DNA from: an uncultured Gammaproteobacteria bacterium
GTDB lineage: Bacteria; Patescibacteriota; Patescibacteriia; UBA9934; CAZDDW01
Direction of reading: 5' to 3'
Length of the DNA stretch: 37,388 nucleotides
Assembly (NCBI GenBank): GCA_964480695.1
Contig: CAYZPO010000002.1
Coordinates: 1-37,388 of the forward strand
Shown: positions 1 to 12,000 of the stretch, in pieces
Position numbering within the stretch: position 1 is the first letter of the stretch
Layout of the letters: every line of letters begins with the position of its first letter
The notes under the pieces: generated by a model
Seen by the model: only the letters and a program-made list of their open reading frames with translations
What the model was told of the DNA's origin: nothing
The model's database searches: none
Program-made: the position numbers and the translations under genes

Positions 1-3000
1 TCTTCTGGAGACATTAGCATTGCTCAGGGAACTGACTACAGTAGTGGAGATGATTTGACTTTAGGAGGTAGCGGAACCTGTACTCTTACCATGACCAATG
101 CTGCAACTTTAACCTCATTGACTATTTTAGCTAATGCTACAGTGAGTCATGCGGCCGAAGCTTCGGCTGGAGTGGACATTACTACTACAGGAGACTTAAC
201 GATCAACGCCGATGCTTCGATTAATACCAATGGTCTAGGTTGTGCTGCTGCCAGAGGTCCGGATGCGGATAATGTTTGTAGTGATGCTGGAACCGGGTCA
301 TCGGGTGGCGCAGGTTATAATGCTAGTGGTGGAGCTGGACACGGTGGTGCTGGCGGAGCTGGAACAGGAAGTGCTGGCGGAGCTGCTTACGATAGCGCTA
401 CAAATCCAGTTCGTTTTGGGGCTGGATCAGGTGGAACTGCTTGGGGTGCTGGTGAACCTGGTGGTGGCTTAATTAAGCTCGCTGTTTCCGGAAACATGTC
501 TCATTCCGGAACTATTACTGCAGATGGGGATGATGGGGCAAATCGAGGTAACCCTCCTGGTGGTGGAGCTGGCGGTTCAATTAACGTTGCAGTTACAGGA
601 ACCATGGCCGGATCCGGAACTTATTCGGCCAAAGGAGGAGATGGTGATGCTGATGGTGGTAAAGAAAGTGGTGGAGGTGGGGGTGGAATAATTGTCATCT
701 CTCACGCCGGCGGAACTGTCTCTTATAGCAGCTCTGATTTTGATGTTACTGGTGGTACTCGTCCGAATGATACTGTTCATGGAACATCAGGTTCTGTATA
801 TGTGAAAGACACCTCAGCATCCGCGGTTTCAATTTTTGGTGGCTTTACCTATGACGGCTCAGATTTTGATACAGGGCTTACTTCCTGGATTATGGACAGT
901 GGTGCCACTGCTCAGACCTGTTCTAGTGGGACTAGTCCAGTCTTTGATGATGTAACCAATTTGACTATTGGTGGAACTTTGGATTGTTCTGGGGCTGATG
1001 CTTTTACTTTTGGAGCAACAAATGTAACTTTCCTTGATAATGCGTCTGTCTCTGTTGGTGGAAACACAACTGTTACTGCAAGCACAGATTTAACCATGGG
1101 AACAGGGGTGAGTATAACGATCTCTGGTGTTGGTTCTGACCTTGATTTTACTATTGCGGATAGTGATGATCAGGTTTGGACAGATATGACTGTGACTGGG
1201 CCAGCAGAAGGGATATTTACCATGGACGATGAAATTGATCTTGAATTAGCTGGTACAACAGCGTTGGATACCAGTGTTCAATTTACTGCCTTAACTGGCT
1301 TTACAATTGGGGCCAGTGCTTCGATTAATGCTGATGAAAAAGGGTGTCGAGCGCCAGCAGCTGGGGCTCATGGGTGGGGCCCGAATGGTTCAAATGTTTG
1401 TAGTGAGAGCGGTTCAGGTCATTCTGATGGTGGTGGATATGTTGGAACTGGTGGTGGTGGGCATGGTGGAAACGGTGGAGATGGTTGGGGTGGTGGAATG
1501 ACTGGAGGTACTGGTGGTTATGATACAACAGCGGCTCCTGTTTTGTTTGGTGCTTCTGCTGGGGGAAGCATATCTTATGCAGGGCAATCAGGTGGTGGAG
1601 TTGTTCATCTAGATGTTACCGGAAACATGACTTGGAATGGGGCTATCTCTGCTGAAGGAGATGATGCACAGGCTAGAAATTCCAACCGAGCTCCGGGGGG
1701 CGGTGCTGGTGGATCAGTTTATATTACAGTTAACGGTACTGTTTCTGGAACTACTGGGTCTCTTTCTGTGGCCGGTGGTGACGGAGAAGATGGGAACGGG
1801 TCAATTGAGGGCGGAGGCGGAGGCGGAGGTCTTACTGCTGTTGAATATGAAATTGACTCCACTTCGTTTCTCAGTGGTCTAACTAGTGCTGGGGTGGCTC
1901 CTGGTGGAGACGGCGGTCCAAATGGAGAAACAGACACTGCTGATGATGGAGTTAATGGAACCTTGACTCTTACAGCACTGCTTGCTTTTTCCTCTGCACA
2001 ATATTTAGACACTAATTCAGACGGACAGGTCGATCGGGTTGATGTGACTTTTACAAAAAATATTACCTTAGATGAATGCGATGTTGCTGACTATACTTTT
2101 GGTGGAGCTGATGCTGGAACGATTGCTGTTGCTAGTTGTGCAACTTCCGGAGCTGATCTGCAATTAACAATTTCCAATGCCCCAGCCAGTGATACTAATC
2201 TAACCCTAACTTGGGCTTACACTGCAGCCAATGGCACAGCCAATTCAATTCACGATGGTGCTGGAACTAATTTGGGCGATGTTTCAGCCCAAACACTTGA
2301 TGATGCCGCAGCTCCGGTTTCTACAGCTTATGCCTATAAGGATACAGGTGGTGACGGTCAGGTTGACCGTTTTGATGTCACTTTTACTGAGAACATTGCC
2401 CAGGATGAGTGTGAGGCCGGGGATTTCACGATTGGCGGAGCGGATGCTGGTACGATCGCAGTTGCCTCGTGTGCGACTTCGACCACGGATTTGCAACTTA
2501 CAGTATCTAATGCCCCAGCAGGTGATACTAATTTGACCCTAACTTTAGCCTACACCGCCGCTAATGGCACAGCAGATTCACTTGATGACGCGGACGGAAA
2601 TGCAGTGGGCAACATCACGGCCCAGAGCTTGACTGATGCTGCGGCTCCGGTGTCAACTGCCTACGCTTACAAAGATACGGATGCGGATGGTCAGGTTGAT
2701 CGTTTTGATATTACTTTTTCTGAAGACATCGCTTACGATGAATGTGATGCTGCCGACTACACAGTCGGCGGAGCTGATGCCGGAACTATTGCCGTGGCTT
2801 CGTGTGGAAACTCAGGAGCCGATCTCCAGCTGACCGTATCTAACGCTCCAGCCGGGGACACGAATTTAACCTTGACTTTAGCCTACACCGCAGCCAACGG
2901 TACCGCTGACTCTTTGGATGATACTGCCGGTAACGCTGTCTCTGATATCTCTGCCCAAAGTTTGACCGACGCCGCCGCTCCAGTAATTACCACGTTTACT

Positions 3001-6000
3001 TATCAAGATAATGATGGTGATGGAAAAGTTGATGCTGTTACTGCAGGTTTTTCAGAAACGGTTACAGCAGCCTCAGTTCTTCGAGCAGCGGACCTGACCC
3101 TGACTAATGTCGGAGATTTCACCAGTGCTGCCTATGGCTCAGCTACTGATGACCTGATTACCGGATCAGTGTCTAGTGTTAAAGTCAATTTAGGAACTGA
3201 AGCTTCAGTGGTTGATACATTTGAAGATTCAGGTAATATCGCTATTTCCTCACAAAACAACTTTTCACTCACTGACGGAACAACCACCAACAATACTCTG
3301 GGAGCTCAGACCCAAGCCAGCTTTGCTGATGGAGTTGCTCCGGTTTCGACTGCGTATTCGTATAAAGATGTGAATGGTGATGGTCAAGTCGATCGATTCG
3401 ATATCACTTTCTCTGAAAACATTGCCCAAGATGAATGTGAGGCTGGCGACTACACAGTTGGTGGAGCTGATGCTGGTACGATCGCTGTGGCCTCGTGTGC
3501 TACCTCGACTACAGATCTGCGACTAACCGTGTCCAATGCCCCGGCCAGCGACACTAATCTAACCTTGACTTGGGCCTATACAGCCGATAATGGAACAGCA
3601 GATTCGCTTGATGACGCGGCTGGTAATGGTGTGACTGATATTACAGCTCAAAGTTTAACTGATGCTGCAGCACCTGTTTCTACCGCATATTCTTATTTAG
3701 ATACAGACGCAGATGGCCAAGTAGATCGGTTTGACGTAACCTTTACGGAAAATATTGCTTACGACGAGTGTGACTCAGCTGACTACACGGTCGGAGGTGC
3801 AGATGCTGGTTCGATTGCTGTTGCCTCATGTGCAGCGTCAACGACTGATCTACGACTAACTGTGTCCAATGCACCAGCAGGAGATACTAATCTCACTCTG
3901 ACCTTAGCTTACACGGCTGCCAACGGAACCGCAGATTCAGTTGACGATGCAGCCGGCAATGCGGTTTCAGATATCTCAGCCCAGAGTTTGACTGATGCAG
4001 CTGCTCCAGTAATTACCACGTTTACATATCAAGATGCAGATGCCGACGGTAAAGTGGATCAAATTCAAGCCACGTTCTCAGAGACTGTTACAGCCGCTTC
4101 GGTTCTGCGACCAAACGACCTTAACTTAACTGACGTTGGTGACTTTACCTCTGCCGCTTTTGGCTCAGATACCACTGACGCAATCTCAGGATCCGTAACC
4201 ACGGCAACACTTACTCTTGGAACTGAGGCTTCAGTGATTGATACTGTTGATGGGTCAGGCACATTAGCCATTTCAACTCAGAATGGTTTCTCGCTCACTG
4301 ACGGCACAACCACTAATACTACTCTTGGTGCCCAAACCCAAGTTTCTTTTGCTGACGGCGCTGCACCGATTATTACTGACTTTACTTACCAGGACAATGA
4401 CAGTGATGGAAAGATTGATCGTGTGGTCGCCACCTTTTCAGAAACTGTGACTGCAGCTTCTGTTCTTCGACCAAACGATTTGAACCTAACTAACGTCGGA
4501 GACTTCACTAGCGCAGCTTTTGGAGCTGACACCACTGACGCGATCAGCGGTTCAGTCAGCTCAGCCACGATTACATTAGGAACCGAGGCTTCAGTAGTGG
4601 ATACTAATGAGGGAAGTAGCAACATCGCCATCTCAACCCAGAACGGATTCTCACTCACTGATGGAACAAACACAAATACGACCCTGGGAGCACAAAGCGG
4701 AGCAACGTTTACAGATGGTGCTTCACCAGTATCAACCGCTTATTCATATCTGGACACTGGCGGTGACGGTCAGATAGATCGTTTTGATCTGACTTTTTCA
4801 GAAAATATTGCTTATGACGAATGTGACGCGGCTGACTACACTGTTGGCGGTGCTGATGCTGGATCAATCGCGGTTGCTTCATGTGCGGCCTCAACAACAG
4901 ACTTACAGCTGACCGTGTCCAATGCACCGGCGAGCGATACGAATTTGACTTTGACTTTGGCTTATACGGCTGCCAACGGAACTGCGGATTCGCTTGACGA
5001 CGCAGCTGGTAATGCGGTAGCTAACATTTCTGCTCAGAGTCTGACCGACGCAGCTGCCCCTGTACTTTCAGCTCAGACTTATGAAGACTCAGATAATAAC
5101 GGCACAGTTGACCGAGTGACATTAACCTTGACCGAGGCGGCTTCAACACAGACAGCTGTGATCGGAGATTTTACTTATGTTGCTCAGGATATCACTGATT
5201 CAGTACTTGCTTCAGGAACACTTTCATATCCAGACACGTCTACAGTACGTCTTGTTCTCGGAACTGCAGGTGATTCTGGTATCACTAGTCACACCACAGC
5301 TCCAACCATTGCTTACACTGACGGCGGAGCAACTGCCATCGCTGACGCTGCTGGTAATCAATTGGCAACTTTTGGAACTACCAACTTGTCTGACGGTGCA
5401 GCTCCAGTAATTACAGACTTTACTTACCAGGACAATGATGGAGATGGAAAAACAGACAGAGTGGTAGCCACGTTCTCGGAAACGGTGACTGCAGCTTCTG
5501 TTCTTCGACCTAATGATTTAAATCTAACCAACGTCGGAGACTTCACTAGCGCGGCTTTTGGCTCGGATACTACTGACGCTATTTCAGGTTCAGTTTCCAC
5601 AGCCACTCTTACTCTTGGAACCGAGGCTTCCGTGGTCGACACTGCTGAAGACTCAGGAAACATCGCTATCTCATCTCAAAACGGCTTCTCCTTGACGGAT
5701 GGGACAAACACTAATACTACCTTAGGCGCTCAAACTCAAGCTTCCTTTACAGATGGAGCAGCTCCTTTGTCTACAGCATATTCATATTTAGACACAGATA
5801 CAGATGGACAAGTAGACAGGTTTGACGTCACCTTTAGTGAAAATATAGCCTATGATGAATGTGATACTGCAGACTACACTGTTGGCGGTGCTGATGCTGG
5901 ATCAATCGCGGTTGCTTCATGCGCTAGTTCAACAACAGATCTCAGACTTACAGTGTCTAACGCCCCAGCTGAAGACACAAATTTAACCTTAACTTTGGCT

Positions 6001-9000
6001 TATACAGCAGCTAATGGAACAGCCAACTCTTTAGATGACGCTGCTGGTAACGCCGTGGCTGATATCTCAGCTCAGAGTTTGACTGATGCTGCTGCTCCTC
6101 AACTTATCTCTCAAACCTATGACGACTCAGATGCTAATGGCACAGTGGATCGTGTAACTTTGACTTTGTCTGAAGCTGCATCAACACAGACTGCCGTGAT
6201 CGGAGACTTCACTTACGTTGCTCAGGATATTACTGGTTCGGCTTTGGCTTCTGGGACTTTGTCGTATCCAACCACTTCGACCATACGACTGGTTCTTGGA
6301 ACAGCCGGCAACTCTGGAATCACTGGACATACTACTGCGCCAACCATTGCGTACACTGACGGTGGAGCCACTGCAGTCGCTGATGCTGCTGGTAACCAGC
6401 TAGCAACTTTTGGAACCACTAACTTGACTGATGGTGCTGCTCCGGTGATTACAGACTTCACTTATCAAGATAATGATGGAGATGGAAAGATTGATCGGAT
6501 GGTAACCACGTTCTCAGAGACCGTAACTGCAGCTTCTGTTCTTCGACCAAACGATCTGAACCTAACTAACGTCGGAGACTTCACTAGTGCAGCTTTCGGG
6601 TCTGATACGACTGACGCTATTTCCGGATCTGTGACTACAGCCACACTCACTCTTGGAACTGAGGCTTCGGTAGTAGATACTAATGAAGGATCTAGTAACA
6701 TTGCTATTTCCAGCCAAAATGGATTCTCGTTGACAGATGGAAATAATACCAACACCACTCTTGGAGCGCAGACACAAGCTTCATTTACAGATGGTGCGTC
6801 ACCGATTTCTACGGCTTACGCGTACAAAGACACTAACGGTGATGGTCAGGTGAATCGGGTTGATGTCACTTTTTCCGAGAACATTGCTCAGGATGAATGT
6901 GAAGCCGGGGACTATGCCTTTGGTGGAGGAGATGCTGGAAGTATTGCTGTGAGTTCTTGCGCAACTTCAACCACTGATCTTCAGCTTACGATTTCCGATG
7001 CTCCTGCTAATGATACTAATTTGACTCTAACTTGGGCGTACGACAAAGAGGGAACTACTGATGATTCGCTTGACGACGCGGCTGGTAACGCCGTGGCTGA
7101 TATCTCAGCTCAGAGTCTGACTGACGCAGCCGCTCCGATTGTTACAGCTCAGGAATACCAAGATTCAGATGCTAATGGAACAGTAGATCGTGTGGTGCTG
7201 ACTTTGTCCGAGGCGGCATCGACTCAAACGGCCGTGATTGGTGACTTTACTTATGCTGCCCAGGATATTACTGGATCTGCTTTGGCTTCAGGAACCTTGT
7301 CGTACCCAACAACTTCGACCGTGCGTCTTGTTTTGGGAACTGCAGGCAACTCTGGAATCACTGGACATACTACTGCGCCGACTATCGCCTACACCGACGG
7401 CGGGGCTACGGCAGTTGCTGATGCTGCTGGTAACCAGCTAGCAACTTTTGGGGCAACGAACTTGTCTGACGCTGCTACTCCAGTAATTACTGACTTTACG
7501 TATCAAGACAACGACGGTGATGGAAAGATTGATCGCGTGGTAACCACGTTCTCCGAGACTGTAACTGCAGCTTCCGTGCTCCGACCAAATGATTTGAACC
7601 TAACTAACGTCGGAGACTTCACTAGCGCAGCTTTTGGCTCGGATACTACTGACGCTATTTCCGGATCCGTGACTACAGCTACACTCACTCTTGGAACCGA
7701 GGCTTCCGTGGTCGACACTGCTGAAGACTCAGGCAACATCGCTATCTCATCCCAGAACGGATTCTCACTCACTGATGGAACAAACACGAACACTACTCTG
7801 GGAGCGCAGACACAGGCTAGTTTTACTGACGGCGCAGCTCCAATTTCCACAGCCTATGCCTATAAAGATCTGCTCGGTGATGGGCAGATTGAAACGGTGG
7901 AAGTGACCTTCTCAGAAAACATTGCTTATGACGAATGTGAAGCCGGGGACTATGCCTTTGGTGGAGGAGATGCTGGAAGTATCGCTGTTTCTGGATGTGC
8001 TACTTCAGGCACAGCTTTGCGTTACACTATTTCAAATGCTCCGGCTAGCGACACCAATCTAGCTCTGACTTGGGCATACGACACTGATGCCGGAACCTCT
8101 GGATCAGTTGATGACGCTGCTGGTAACGCTGTGGCTGACATTTCGGCTCAGAGTTTGACTGATGCAGCAGCTCCAATGTCTACTGCTTACAGTTACAAAG
8201 ATACTGATGCTGATGGTCAGGTTGATCGCTTTGATATCACTTTTACTGAAAACATTGGTCAGGACGAATGTGAAGCTGGTGACTTTACTATTGGCGGAGC
8301 TGATGCTGGTACAATTGCGGTTGCCTCATGTGCGACTTCAACTACAGATCTGCAGCTAACCGTGTCTAATGCTACAGCTGACGATACAAATTTGACCTTA
8401 ACTTGGGCTTATGACCAAAGTGCGGGTACAGCCGACTCATTAGACGATGCTGCTGGCAATGCTGTAGTAGATGTCTCAGCCCAGCCCATTTCAGATGGCG
8501 CTGCACCTCAGATTACGGATTTTACTTATCAAGATAATGATGGTGACGGAAAGATCGATCAGGTGGTTGCTACATTCTCAGAAACCGTAACCGCAGCTTC
8601 GGTTCTTCGTCCTGCAGATCTGAACTTAACCAACGTCGGAGACTTCACTAGCGCGGCCTTTGGTTCTGACACCACGGACGCTATTTCCGGATCTGTGACT
8701 ACAGCTACACTCACTCTTGGAACCGAGGCTAGTGTTGTAGACACCAATGAAGGTTCAAGTAACATCGCCATTTCTTCACAGAACAACTTCTCGCTGACTG
8801 ACGGCAACAACACCAACAATACGCTTGGAGCGCAGACCGTGGCTAGTTTCACTGACGGCGCAGCTCCAGTTTCGACCGCGTATTCATATCTAGACATTAA
8901 TGGTAACGGCCAGGTCGATCGTTTTGATATCACTTTCTCAGAGAATATCGCTCAAGATGAATGTGAAGCCGGAGATTTTGCTGTTGGTGGGGCTGACGCT

Positions 9001-12000
9001 GGTTCGATTGCTGTGGCTTCCTGTGCCACCTCAACTACTGATCTCAGACTTACCGTGTCCAACGCTCCGGCCAGTGACACTAATTTGACGTTAACCTGGG
9101 CTTACGACAAAGAAGGCAATGTTGATGATTCACTCGATGACGCTGCTGGCAACGCGGTAGCTGACATCTCAGCCCAGACTTTGGCTGATGCAGCTGCTCC
9201 AGTATCAATCGCATATTCTTACAAAGACACGAACACTGATGGACAGATTGACCGTTTTGATATCACGTTCACAGAAAATATCGCTTACGACGAATGTGAT
9301 GCTGCGGACTATACCGTTGGTGGAGCTGACGCTGGAAGTATTGCCGTTAGCTCTTGTGCAGCCTCAACAACTGATCTTCAACTAACAGTCACTGGTGCTA
9401 CGGCCGATGATACTAATTTAACTTTAACTTTGGCTTACACTGCAGCCAATGGTACGGCAGACTCGCTCGATGACGCTGCTGGCAATGCTGTGGTTGATAT
9501 CTCTGCTCAAAGTTTAGATGATGATGCAGCACCGTTCATGACCGCTGCGGTTACAGCTGACAATGATAGTGACGGACAGATCGATCGGGTTGTTGTAACC
9601 TTGTCCGAGGATTTGGATGAGAATAGTGTAGCCGGTGCTGACTTTACTGTGGGTAGCTTTACGGTTAGCTCAGCTTCAGAAACTTCTGCTGGCGTGGTTA
9701 CGATTGTTCTAACTGAATCCGGAGGTGCAGACACGGACGCAACTCCAACCGTAACCATTGCTGGTACGATTACTGATGCTGCTAATGATATTGATGCGAC
9801 CTCAGGAACTGAAGCCTCGACTGATGGGGCCGCACCTGTGTCGAGCACCTATGCTTACAAAGATACTGATGCTGACGGAACCGTGGATCGAGTAGATGTA
9901 ACTTTCTCAGAAAACATTGCTCAGGACGAGTGTGAAGCCGGGGACTACGCTTTTGGTGGTGGAGATGCCGGAAGTATCGCTGTAAGTTCTTGTACTGTGT
10001 CTGGGGATGATCTTCAACTCACTATCTCTGATGCTACAGCCTCGGATACCAATCTCACCCTGACTTGGGCCTATGACAAAGAGGGAACCACAGATGATTC
10101 GTTAGATGACGCAGCCGGTAACGCTGTAGCTGACATCTCGGCTCAGACTTTGGATGATGCAGCTGCTCCTTTAATCTCGGCTCAACAGTATGAGGATTCT
10201 GATAATAACGGAACTGTGGACCGAGTTACTCTGACGTTAACTGAGGCGGCTAGCACTCAGACCGCAGTGATCGGAGATTTCACTTATGTTGCTCAGGATA
10301 TTACTGGCTCAGCTCTGGCTTCAGGAACTTTGTCCTATCCAACCACCTCGACTGTGCGCCTTGTCCTGGGGACTGCAGGTAACTCTGGAATTACTAGCCA
10401 CACCACTGCACCGACAATTGCTTACACAGATGGTGGGGCCACGGCAGTAGCTGATGCAGCTGGTAATCAATTGGCTACCTTTGGAACTACTAACTTGACT
10501 GACGGTGCTGCTCCGGTGATCACTGACTTTACGTACCAAGATAATGATGGCGATGGAAAGATCGACCGTATCGTGGCCACATTCTCGGAAACAGTAACGG
10601 CAGACTCGGTCCTTCGCGCTGCTGATCTGACTTTAACTAACGTTGGAGATTTTACTAGCGCAGCTTTTGGATCTAACACCACTGATCTGATTACTGGTTC
10701 TGTGAGTTCAGTCACTGTCACACTTGGAACCGAGGCAACTGTGGTCGATACTAATGAAGGCTCAAGCAACATTGCCATTTCATCACAAAACAATTTTTCA
10801 CTGACTGAAGGAACTAACACGAATAACACTCTTGGTGCTCAGTCACAAGCCAGCTTTACTGATGCAGCTGCTCCAGTGTCTACGGCTTACGCTTACAAAG
10901 ATACGGACTCAGATGGAACCGTGGATCGAGTTGATGTTACTTTCTCAGAAAATATTGCTCAGGATGAATGTGAGGCAGGAGATTATGCTTTTGCTGGGGG
11001 TGATGCTGGCACGATTGCTGTTAGTACTTGTAATGCTGCAGGCGATGACCTTCAACTGACGATCTCTAACGCTACAGCTTCAGATACTAATCTCACTTTG
11101 ACCTGGGCTTACGATGCTAGTGCTGGAACCGCGAGCTCTCTCGACGACGCTACTGGTAATGCTGTGGCTGACATCTCAGCTCAGACACTCACAGACGCGG
11201 CAGCTCCAGTGTCTACGGCTTACGCTTATAAAGATACAGACGCTGATGGTCAAGTGGATCGTGTAGACGTGACCTTTACTGAGAATATCGCTTATGACGA
11301 GTGCGAGGCTGGAGACTACGCGTTTGCCGGGGATGACGCTGGTACGATTGCCGTCAGTTCTTGTGCTGTGTCTGGCGACGATCTTCGTCTCACGATTTCT
11401 AACGCTACTGCAGATGACACCAATCTCACCCTGACCTGGGCCTACGACAAAGAGGGAACCACAGATGATTCATTAGACGACGCAGCTGGTAACGCTGTAG
11501 CTGATATTTCGGCTCAGACCCTAACTGATAGTGCGGCACCGTTCATGACCGCTGCGGTTACAGCTGATAATGATGGTAACGGACAGATCGATCGAGTTGT
11601 TGTGACCTTGTCTGAAGATCTTACTGAAGGGACTGTAGCTGGGGCAGATTTCACTGTTGGTAGTTTCACAGTCAGTTCGGCTTCAGAAACTTCTGCTGGC
11701 GTGGTTACGATTGTTCTGACCGAGTCGGGAACAGCGGACACTGATGCAACCCCGACGGTCACGCTAGCTGGAAGCATCGATGATACTGGATCAAACTCAG
11801 CCACTTCTGGAACCGAGGCTCCAACAGATGGAGCGGCTCCGGTATCCAGCGCTTACAGTTATAAAGATACTAACTCAGACGGAACTGTGGATCGAGTTGA
11901 TGTGACCTTTTCAGAAAATATTGCTCAGGATGAATGTGAAGCAGCAGATTACGCTTTTGCTGGAGATGATGCTGGGTCAATTGCTGTAAGCTCTTGTGCT

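Noticed and set aside
55-57. TTG at 55 as the start of the giant gene, as in the ORF track.
   Set aside because: The same frame is open from nt 1 with similar Gly/Ser/Thr-rich sequence and no upstream signal or SD. The gene almost certainly starts upstream of the window.
4065-11804. Numerous 60-125 aa minus-strand and off-frame ORFs inside the giant gene (for example 7503-7850, 8559-8933, 10467-10829, 11514-11804).
   Set aside because: They recur once per repeat unit and are antisense images of the Ala/Thr/Ser/Asp-rich coding frame, with low-complexity translations. They are artefacts of repeat composition. The same reasoning rejects the antisense ORFs at 15753-16058, 16644-17027, 19927-20301 and 35780-36127.
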